A stretch of DNA of 32,716 nucleotides from assembly GCA_049521895.1 (NCBI GenBank), contig JBEKOJ010000001.1:1-32716 (forward strand), in the 5' to 3' direction. This document shows, one piece after another, positions 8,470-15,135 of this stretch. A program made the position numbers and the translations under genes. Numbering within the stretch: position 1 is the first letter of the stretch; each line of letters begins with the position of its first letter. The DNA comes from Candidatus Saccharimonadales bacterium (GTDB lineage Bacteria; Patescibacteriota; Saccharimonadia; Saccharimonadales; UBA10212). The notes under the pieces are model-generated. The model made no database searches. It saw nothing but the letters and a program-made list of their open reading frames with translations, and had not been told where the DNA came from.

Positions 8470-9738
8470 ATGGAAGATATCGATGATAAAATCGAGCGCA
8501 TCAACAAAGAGCCGGCAGTAGCTAGATATTCCACGCGGCCGAGTCATCTGCCTAAAACGCCCAACTTCAATTGGCTCCGACGGCCGGTTATTAGTCGCCG
8601 ACGCTTGATATTAACTATCTTGGCACTAGTGATATTTTTAGCCGTGATGGTTGGCGGAGGCTGGATCGGGGCTTACCTTTATGAAAACCATCACAGTATT
8701 GCTAGTACCACTTCAGCGAAACAGCAGTACATCTCCGATGAAAGTGAACTGATTGCCGCTATCGCCAAAAATGTCGGCCAAAGCGTAGTTTCGGTAGATG
8801 CCCAAAGTCAGGTCACTTCTCAGGACATCTTTGGCTTTAACCAAACGCAAAACCAGGAAAGCGCCGGCACCGGTTTTATAATTGACAGTAACGGTACTAT
8901 TGTTACCAACCGCCACGTCGTGCCGGCTGGTACCAGCAGCGTAAGTGTTACCCTGGCTGATGGCACAACTTATAACAACGTCCAAGTTATCGGCCGGACC
9001 GCTGATACCGACCCGTTGGATGTTGCGTTCCTGAAAATCCCAAACCTAAACGGCAAAAAACTCACGCCGGTAACACTTGGTGATTCGTCCCAAATGCAGG
9101 TTGGCGATAGGGTAGTGGCCATTGGTAACGCCCTCGGTCAATTTCAGAATACCGTCACATCTGGCATTATCTCCGGTTACGGCCGCGATGTAACAGCCGG
9201 CGACCAAACAGGCATTGCTTCCGAGAACCTGACTGATTTATTCCAGACCGACGCCGCCATTAACGAAGGTAACTCCGGTGGCCCGCTCGTCAACATCAAC
9301 GGCGAAGTCATCGGCTTAAATACTGCCGTGGCTTCCGGTGCCCAAAACATCGGTTTTGCCATCCCCATTAATGACATCAAAGGCCTGATCAACAGTGTTC
9401 TAAGCAAAGGGCAACTGCAGCAACCGTATCTGGGCGTACGCTATGTGTCGCTTACTAACGACTTGGCCAGCCAGTTTAATCTGAGCATAACCCGTGGAGC
9501 CTACATCGTCTCCGGCGATAACGAACCGGCTGTCATTGCCGGCAGCCCGGCTGACATAGCCGGCCTAAAAGATGGTGACGTTATCACCAAAGTTAACAAT
9601 ATAACTATTGACGATAAAACTAGCCTGACTGGTGCGCTAGCGCAATTTCAAGTAGGCGATAAAGTGAATCTCACGGTTGTTAGAGCTGGCAAAACCATTC
9701 AGCTTACAGCTACACTTGGCAACACCCCCACCGGCTAG
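8470..9738 (+). CDS. htrA: HtrA/DegP-family serine protease with a C-terminal PDZ domain, membrane-anchored
   Basis: Catalytic triad contexts are TNRHVV, LDVAFLK and GNSGGPLVN. A PDZ-like tail and one N-terminal TM are present. ATG 8470 is preferred over TTG 8449. Confidence 0.92.
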   Translation: MEDIDDKIERINKEPAVARYSTRPSHLPKTPNFNWLRRPVISRRRLILTILALVIFLAVMVGGGWIGAYLYENHHSIASTTSAKQQYISDESELIAAIAKNVGQSVVSVDAQSQVTSQDIFGFNQTQNQESAGTGFIIDSNGTIVTNRHVVPAGTSSVSVTLADGTTYNNVQVIGRTADTDPLDVAFLKIPNLNGKKLTPVTLGDSSQMQVGDRVVAIGNALGQFQNTVTSGIISGYGRDVTAGDQTGIASENLTDLFQTDAAINEGNSGGPLVNINGEVIGLNTAVASGAQNIGFAIPINDIKGLINSVLSKGQLQQPYLGVRYVSLTNDLASQFNLSITRGAYIVSGDNEPAVIAGSPADIAGLKDGDVITKVNNITIDDKTSLTGALAQFQVGDKVNLTVVRAGKTIQLTATLGNTPTG

Positions 9739-9747
9739 GCGCGCTCC

Positions 9748-9929
9748 CCCTTGTTTCTCCCGGACGCTGCCTCACCGCGAGTAGCTGTTGTCTAAAACAG
9801 GCTCGCTAAAGAACTCCTCGCGAATATGCTCCCAGCATATCCACTTCGTCGAACATGCTTTAGCGCCTAAGGATGCCTCTTTGTAAACAACATCTAATCA
9901 AAGCTTGGCGGATGTCCGGAGAACAAGGG
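9748..9929 (+). ncRNA. Large bracketed hairpin domain in the htrA 3' region (C1)
   Basis: CCCTTGTTTCTCCCGGAC (9748-9765) pairs with GTCCGGAGAACAAGGG (9914-9929). Internal hairpins include ATATGCT-CCC-AGCATAT (9824-9840). Whether it acts as RNA or DNA is unknown. Confidence 0.4.
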
Positions 9930-9950
9930 TTCGCTCGATAAACTGATACA

Positions 9951-10059
9951 GGGCCGCGAGCACCATACCTAAAAAGTGGGTCAGGCGTAGTGCAACCCGA
10001 GCAACGGTTTAGGTTGCCCGGCGTGAAACGCACACTTTTTAGGTATGGTGCGGGAGGCC
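9951..10059. repeat. Hairpin with a 19-bp perfect inverted repeat around a 54-nt structured loop (C2)
   Basis: GCACCATACCTAAAAAGTG (9960-9978) is the reverse complement of CACTTTTTAGGTATGGTGC (10033-10051). The inner stem is GCAACC/GGTTGC. Confidence 0.6.
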
Positions 10060-10067
10060 AATGAACG

Positions 10068-10089
10068 AATACTTAACTCGTTAAGTATT
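10068..10089. repeat. Palindrome AATACTTAAC-TC-GTTAAGTATT (family copy 1), abutting the prmC stop codon
   Basis: Perfect 10+10 inverted repeat. The same motif occurs at 14894-14917 and 27087-27110. Confidence 0.7.
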
Positions 10090-10091
10090 TA

Positions 10092-10898
10092 TTAAATTGG
10101 TTCGAAAACTTGGATGAAATCTTCGCGGCAATGTTCGTAAAAGCCAGCGCTGGCAGCAATATCTACCAGCTGGGCGTGCTGGGGTGGCATAGATTCGGTC
10201 AACACAAACTGCGGCTTAGAGTGACGTGCAGCTAGTTGCATAAATAGCCGTCGGTAAACTTCCAAGCCGTCGCCACCGCCAAAAATCGCGATCCTGGGCT
10301 CGCAGCTGGCGGCCTTGTTGATATGGTAATAGCTGGGTACATAGGGCAGGTTAGCTAGTATTACGTCGTGAGAGCTAGGGCTAGCGGATAACAGATCGCT
10401 GCAAAACCAGCGCAGTGCGAGTTTGTGACGCCTAACATTTTCCACTGCCACCGCCAAAGCCCTTTGATCGATCTCGAACAAGTCGACAATAGATCGTGGA
10501 ATTTCCAGTGCCGCCGTTATACCAAGTGCGCCGCAACCGGCACCGACATCAGCGATTCGCGGATGGATGGGCAGACTCAAACTCTTAAGCAGGCTAATCA
10601 TAATTTCGGACTCGGGGCGTGGCTGCAAAACCCGTCCGTCAATCTTAAAGCGGCGGCCATAAAACTCGCAAAAACCGCGGATATAACCCAGTGGCTCGTG
10701 TTTTTCACGACGCCGCAACCACTTTTCCAGCTTTTCCAAGGCTGGTCCTTGGAAAGTATATTCCGGGTGAGCCAGAAACCACGTCCGGTCTTTTTTTAGG
10801 CAGTCTTCTAGCATGATAAGTATGTCCAAGCGCGCCGAGCCAATACCAGCTTTTTGTAGCCGGGAAGTGCCGTAAGTTAAGAAAGTCGCGCTGTTCAT
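10092..10898 (-). CDS. prmC: Release-factor glutamine N5-methyltransferase (PrmC/HemK)
   Basis: Has a SAM-binding motif (ADVGAGCGALG) and the NLPY variant of the NPPY motif (ILANLPYVP). Sits downstream of prfA. Its ATGA overlaps the upstream gene. Confidence 0.88.
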   Translation of the reverse strand: MNSATFLTYGTSRLQKAGIGSARLDILIMLEDCLKKDRTWFLAHPEYTFQGPALEKLEKWLRRREKHEPLGYIRGFCEFYGRRFKIDGRVLQPRPESEIMISLLKSLSLPIHPRIADVGAGCGALGITAALEIPRSIVDLFEIDQRALAVAVENVRRHKLALRWFCSDLLSASPSSHDVILANLPYVPSYYHINKAASCEPRIAIFGGGDGLEVYRRLFMQLAARHSKPQFVLTESMPPQHAQLVDIAASAGFYEHCREDFIQVFEPI

Positions 10899-11407
10899 CC
10901 CATACTCTCCAAAATTTGGTCCACTACTTTGGTGATAGATTGGGTAGAATCAATTACGATGGCGCCGGCTGCTTTAAGCTCGTCGTCAAAAGCTTGGTGA
11001 CGGCTGATAACACGGGCTAACTCCAGCGGGTGTTTGCCAAAGTGGTTGTCGGTGCGGCTATGGATACGCTTGGCCAGTAATTCGTCAGGCGACGTGAGCA
11101 GGAAAATCTTGTCGAAGCTAGGGTAGTACTTTTTTTGATTGGCGGTAATGCTGCAAATAAAAAGCGGTTCATCCGAGTGCTTCTTGAAGATGTTATTGAG
11201 CACCTGCTCGTTAAAGACCCGCTCGTGCTCTTCGTACCATTTTAGCTTCGGGTGGGTAGGCCGCACGGCCCGCTCGCCGCTGTTTTTATTGACATAATAG
11301 CTAAATCCCACCTCGGTATCGTAGGCCGCGTAGCCACGCTTTTGCAGCTCTTTAGCAACTGATGATTTGCCAGTACCAGCTACCCCAGTTATTAGATATT
11401 TGCTCAT
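10895..11407 (-). CDS. P-loop nucleotide-kinase-like ATPase (AAA_18/AAA_33-like)
   Basis: Walker A motif GVAGTGKSS near the N-terminus. About 170 aa. ATG 11407 (MSKYLITG) is preferred over TTG 11422. Confidence 0.7.
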   Translation of the reverse strand: MSKYLITGVAGTGKSSVAKELQKRGYAAYDTEVGFSYYVNKNSGERAVRPTHPKLKWYEEHERVFNEQVLNNIFKKHSDEPLFICSITANQKKYYPSFDKIFLLTSPDELLAKRIHSRTDNHFGKHPLELARVISRHQAFDDELKAAGAIVIDSTQSITKVVDQILESMG

Positions 11408-11509
11408 CCCGTTAGACCTCAAAGACTTTCATTGTTGGTTGATACGACAAAGCATGCAAGCGATTCAAAACGCCATAGGTAGTGCGGAAGTTAAGTGAGG
11501 TTCTAACGG
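11408..11509 (-). promoter_or_regulatory. Long-range stem bracketing the whole prfA-kinase spacer and covering the kinase ribosome-binding region
   Basis: On the transcript, CCCGUUAGAACCUC lies just after the prfA stop and pairs with GAGGUCUAACGGG just before ATG 11407. That gives 13 bp with one bulge. Confidence 0.5.
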
Positions 11510-11512
11510 GAC

Positions 11513-12574
11513 TCATACGTTTCCTTTGATGAGTTCCAGCTCGCGCTCGTGGAGTCTCTCTATAACATCGTCGATATCGCCGGCCAGCGCGCCAGGCAGG
11601 TTGGAGCGTGAATAGTTGATGCGGTGGTCGGTAATGCGATCCTGCGGGAAGTTATAGGTGCGGATTTTTTCAGAGCGGTCGCCGCTGCCGATCAGCTTAC
11701 GCCGGGCGTCGTCGAGCTGCTTTTGTTCTTCTTCTATCTTCATCTGCAACAAGCGCGCTCTAAGTACGCTCAGAGCCTTTTCGCGATTTTTGATTTGGCT
11801 TTTTTCATCCTGCTGGGTAACAACCAAGCCGGTGGGTAAATGGGTTATACGCACCGCCGAATCGGTGGTATTAACAGATTGGCCACCCGGACCGCTGCTG
11901 CGGAAAACGTCAATTTTTAAATCTGCCGGCTCGATATCTACATCGGTCTCCTCGGCTTCCGGCAGCACCGCCACAGTAACCGTGCTGGTGTGTATACGGC
12001 CTTGGCTTTCGGTAGTAGGTACGCGCTGCACACGGTGCACGCCGGCCTCAAATTTTAGCAGGCCGTAGGCATTCTCACCGTGTACCATAAAAATAATTTC
12101 CTTAAAACCGCCAGAGCCCCCGCCCGGGCTTTCGCTCATAAGCTCTGTTTTATAACTACGGCGCTCGCACCATCGGCTATACATGCGGAATAAGTCGCCG
12201 GCAAACAGGCTGGCTTCGTCACCGCCGGCGGCAGCGCGGATCTCCACCACGGCGTCGCGCTCGTCGTTGGGATCTTTAGGAAGTAGCGCTTCGTTTAAAT
12301 CCTGCTGAGTTTGGTCCAACTTAGTAGATATCTCATTTACTTCTGTCTTGGCCAGTTCGGCTAACTCCTCATCGGATCCATCCGCCATAGTTTTAGCCTC
12401 AGCCAGCTGAGCCTTCAGGACTTTTTTGTTGTCAAATAAGTCTAAAATTTTGGCCAGCTCACCCTGGCGCTTAGCCATGGTGGGGTAATCGCTACGGCCA
12501 AATACATCAGGGTGTTCCAGCTCCTGCTGCAACCGCGTGAACTCTTCGCGTAATTTTTGCTCCTGAGAATCCAT
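11513..12574 (-). CDS. prfA: Peptide chain release factor 1
   Basis: Contains the GGQ motif ([12 protein letters not shown]) and the RF1-type PxT motif (RVQRVPTTE). ATG 12574 is preferred over TTG 12589. Confidence 0.95.
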   Translation of the reverse strand: MDSQEQKLREEFTRLQQELEHPDVFGRSDYPTMAKRQGELAKILDLFDNKKVLKAQLAEAKTMADGSDEELAELAKTEVNEISTKLDQTQQDLNEALLPKDPNDERDAVVEIRAAAGGDEASLFAGDLFRMYSRWCERRSYKTELMSESPGGGSGGFKEIIFMVHGENAYGLLKFEAGVHRVQRVPTTESQGRIHTSTVTVAVLPEAEETDVDIEPADLKIDVFRSSGPGGQSVNTTDSAVRITHLPTGLVVTQQDEKSQIKNREKALSVLRARLLQMKIEEEQKQLDDARRKLIGSGDRSEKIRTYNFPQDRITDHRINYSRSNLPGALAGDIDDVIERLHERELELIKGNV

Positions 12575-12590
12575 AAAGATATTTACCAAC

Positions 12591-12690
12591 TAACATTTAA
12601 CATTTTACATTTATTTATCAGGTAACAGTTAACAAATTGCAGTCACGATGATAAATGACCAGATGTTAAATAAATGCTAAATAGAAAATG
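12591..12690. repeat. Opposed AT-rich word arrays (nACATTT heptads x3 versus an AAATG-containing arm) forming an imperfect hairpin between rpmE and prfA
   Basis: Heptads lie at 12592-12612. The 10-bp perfect core is CATTTATTTA (12608-12617) paired with TAAATAAATG (12667-12676). Confidence 0.55.
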
Positions 12691-12708
12691 CCCGATGAAA
12701 AACTGTAG

Positions 12709-13041
12709 TTACTTAGCGCCAAGTCTCTGTGTCTCGTCAATACGCATCTTCTTGGCCTTCTTTGGCTTGGCAGACGCTTTTGCTTCGCGGGCAGCCTTGG
12801 CCGCCTCTTGGCGGGCCTTAAATTTATCTACGCGGCCTTCTATATCTACCAGTTTTTCCTGGCCGGTAAAGAAGGGGTGCGAGAAGCTTGAGATATAAAT
12901 TTTTACCAAAGGGTATTCCACGCCGTCTAAGGTGATAGTTTCTTCGGCGGTGGCGGTAGAGCGGGTAATAAAAGTAGAGCCGTCATTGCTGTCCTGGAAC
13001 ACGACCGGCCTATAGTTTTTCGGATGTATATCCTTCTTCAT
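12709..13041 (-). CDS. rpmE: Ribosomal protein L31 (type B, no CxxC motif) with a Lys/Ala-rich C-terminal extension
   Basis: MKKDIHPKNYRPVVFQD...FFTG is the L31 core. At 110 aa it is longer than the usual ~70-85 aa. Confidence 0.9.
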   Translation of the reverse strand: MKKDIHPKNYRPVVFQDSNDGSTFITRSTATAEETITLDGVEYPLVKIYISSFSHPFFTGQEKLVDIEGRVDKFKARQEAAKAAREAKASAKPKKAKKMRIDETQRLGAK

Positions 13042-13062
13042 AACCTGGTCAGTATAACTTTT

Positions 13063-13404
13063 TTACTCTGTTGGGTCAACGCTTTGGGTGCCGCCGCGTT
13101 CATTAAAGAAATCTGCTACTTGTTGCCGGGCGGCCTCAATCCCTCTGGCATCGACAATTCGCTTCTCGATTCCCGTCGCTATTTCATCCCTGGCGACAAG
13201 TACATTTTCGACGGTTGAAATTTGGCCTGAATGCTGCATATGCTCCACTCCGGCCGTATCCATACTGTATGGGAAGCAGTGATCCCACTGCTCGACGTCA
13301 TTAATTCCTGGCTGGGGGCAAATCTGGCTCATATCTTCGACGCCAAATATAAACAAGGCCTCCGGAGAGACTAAGATTAATGATTCAGACAAACCTCTTC
13401 GCAT
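13063..13404 (-). CDS. Hypothetical protein
   Basis: An open frame directly upstream of rpmE on the same strand. No motif was recognised and the start is uncertain (an alternative Met lies at 13332). Confidence 0.4.
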   Translation of the reverse strand: MRRGLSESLILVSPEALFIFGVEDMSQICPQPGINDVEQWDHCFPYSMDTAGVEHMQHSGQISTVENVLVARDEIATGIEKRIVDARGIEAARQQVADFFNERGGTQSVDPTE

Positions 13405-13468
13405 ATAACCATACGCCCTTGCTGAAAACTATTTTAACATAAAAATAATAAACTCACAACGTATACAG

Positions 13469-13497
13469 TTGCAAAAATGAGGTGACAGAGGTACAAT
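13469..13497 (+). promoter_or_regulatory. rpsB promoter TTGCAA-N17-TACAAT
   Basis: -35 at 13469-13474 and -10 at 13492-13497. The spacer contains GGTGACAG (13481-13488). Confidence 0.6.
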
Positions 13498-13503
13498 GAG
13501 CAG

Positions 13504-13594
13504 GTTAATATTAAGCAGGGAAATACATCAATCCTCTTTTTAACCTCCGTGTAGGAGCTAAAAAGCAAGTGTTTCTCGGTGAGAAAGGATTTAC
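13504..13594 (+). promoter_or_regulatory. Structured rpsB 5' leader (two hairpins, the second overlapping the SD)
   Basis: The first hairpin is CTTTTTA(13536-42)/TAAAAAG(13559-65), enclosing CTCC/GGAG. The second is TTTCTC(13572-77)/GAGAAA(13581-86) and overlaps the SD AAAGGA. Confidence 0.45.
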
Positions 13595-14401
13595 GTGGCG
13601 TCAAGTGATGTAGACATCAAAAAATTACTGGAGGCTGGTGCGCATTTTGGCCACCAGAGCAGCCGCTGGCATCCGCGGATGGCCCCCTATATTCATAGTA
13701 AGCGCGAAGGCAGTCATATTATAGATTTGACTAAAACTGTGGAAGCACTGGATAAGGCGCTAGCATTTCTGCGCGAAACAGCCGCCAGTGGCAAACAAAT
13801 CTTACTGGTAAGCACCAAGCGCCAAGCCAAAGATAAAGTCAAAGAGGTGGCTCTTGCTACAGGCATGCCTTACGTCAGCGAACGCTGGCTGGGCGGCATG
13901 CTAACCAACACAGCCACCATTGGCGGGCGCATCAAACACCTTAAAGACCTGGAATCCCGCATGGCATCCGGCGAACTAGCTAACCGCTATAGCAAACTGG
14001 AAGTCCAGCGATTCCAAGAAGAAATCGAGGCCATGAACCACATGTATGGTGGTATCAAAGAGATGGCCGCTAAGGTGGGCGCAATCTTTGTGGTAGACGT
14101 CCTGGCCGACAATATCGCTGTTAAAGAGGCGCGCAAGCTAGGTATCCCGATTGTGGCGTTGATTGACACTAACGCCGACCCGTCCGTGGCCAATTACCCG
14201 ATCCCGTGCAACGATGACGCCACTAAAACCATTAATCTGATTATGGATTACGTGCAGGCGGCCATCGAGGCAGGTAAGGGCAAGGTTAAACCTTCGGCCA
14301 AAGCCGTAGACAAGGTGACAGGTGACAGTGGGCAGGTGACAGAAAAGAAAAAAACTGTGACCTCTAACCTACAACCTGTAACCTCAAAAAAGGAGGAATA
14401 A
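13595..14401 (+). CDS. rpsB: Ribosomal protein S2
   Basis: LLEAGAHFGHQSSRWHPRM and the remainder are canonical S2. The start codon is GTG, with SD AAAGGA upstream. Confidence 0.96.
   Translation: MASSDVDIKKLLEAGAHFGHQSSRWHPRMAPYIHSKREGSHIIDLTKTVEALDKALAFLRETAASGKQILLVSTKRQAKDKVKEVALATGMPYVSERWLGGMLTNTATIGGRIKHLKDLESRMASGELANRYSKLEVQRFQEEIEAMNHMYGGIKEMAAKVGAIFVVDVLADNIAVKEARKLGIPIVALIDTNADPSVANYPIPCNDDATKTINLIMDYVQAAIEAGKGKVKPSAKAVDKVTGDSGQVTEKKKTVTSNLQPVTSKKEE
14314..14385. repeat. Opposed heptad arrays inside the rpsB 3' coding end. One arm is GGTGACA x4 (one copy degenerate). The other arm is CTnTnAC x4. An A-rich loop separates them
   Basis: 14314-14342 reads GGTGACA GGTGACA GTGGGCA GGTGACA G. 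14355-14385 reads CTGTGAC CTCTAAC CTACAAC CTGTAAC CTC. Confidence 0.7.
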
Positions 14402-14403
14402 CC

Positions 14404-14868
14404 ATGGCAGATATAAATGTTGAAGAAATCAAGAAACTGCGCGAGATGACCGGTGCTGGTATAACCGATGCCAAGAAAGTGCTGGTTGACGCCGGTGGCG
14501 ATTTTGACAAAGCGCTGGCCGCCATGCGCAAAAAAGGTTTTGATAAGGCCGTCAAACGGGCCGAACGTCCGGCAGATGCTGGTCTAATTGGCAGCTACGT
14601 TCACGACGGCCGCATTGGCGTACTGGTTGAAGTTAACTGTGAAACTGATTTTGTGGCTAAAACTGACGAATTCAAAGAGCTAGTTAAAGATTTATGCTTG
14701 CACATCGCGGCTTCCGAGCCGGCAGATGTGAATGAGCTTTTAGGGCAGCCCTTTGTTAAAAATCCCGAGATAAGCGTGAGTGATCACGTTAAAGAACATA
14801 TCGCCAAACTTGGCGAAAACATTGTAGTGCGCCGCTTTAGCCGCCTGGCCTTAGGCGGATCAGAATAA
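14404..14868 (+). CDS. tsf: Elongation factor Ts, unusually short form (154 aa)
   Basis: N-terminal UBA-like motif LREMTGAGITDAKKVL and core CETDFVAKTDEF. Strong SD AGGAGG at 14391-14396. Confidence 0.9.
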   Translation: MADINVEEIKKLREMTGAGITDAKKVLVDAGGDFDKALAAMRKKGFDKAVKRAERPADAGLIGSYVHDGRIGVLVEVNCETDFVAKTDEFKELVKDLCLHIAASEPADVNELLGQPFVKNPEISVSDHVKEHIAKLGENIVVRRFSRLALGGSE

Positions 14869-14893
14869 TTACTTAACAAGCCTGCCCCGTAAG

Positions 14894-14921
14894 AAATACT
14901 TAACTTGTTAAGTATTTTTTT
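14894..14921 (+). terminator. Palindrome AAATACTTAAC-TT-GTTAAGTATTT followed by a T-run (family copy 2); putative tsf terminator
   Basis: The inverted repeat spans 14894-14917 and is followed by TTTT. The stem is AU-rich, so it may instead be a protein-binding site. Confidence 0.5.
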
Positions 14922-15081
14922 ATGGGGGTTAAGTATTTTCCAAGGTGTAAAAAACCCCGCACTAATAACTTGATGTTGCGAAATAGGTTTATCCAACTTC
15001 TTCTTGACTCTAGTTTTAGTACGGGGTACGACGGCGATGCAGGCTGCGAACAAAATGCTACAAGCAGTCTACGTGCCGCTA

Positions 15082-15135
15082 CGGGGTGAGTACTCTGTCG
15101 GACTTTTAATCCGATTTTCCTCACCCCGTTTTCTC
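15082..15135 (+). terminator. GC-rich hairpin CGGGGTGAG...CTCACCCCG followed by TTTTCTC; terminator-like in the plus orientation
   Basis: The stem pairs 15082-15090 with 15120-15128, with an inner stem CGGA/TCCG. It overlaps the stop codon (15121-15123) of the minus-strand 47-aa ORF. Confidence 0.5.

Noticed and set aside
15020-15135. tmRNA-like hints: GGGGTACGACGG resembles the tmRNA 5' UUCGACGGG box, and a short frame ends ...LRAATG*.
   Set aside because: There is no T-arm (GGTTCGAnTCC), no acceptor or CCA end, and no Ala-Ala-stop tag. The about 350 nt a tmRNA needs would run into the SD-led small ORFs.
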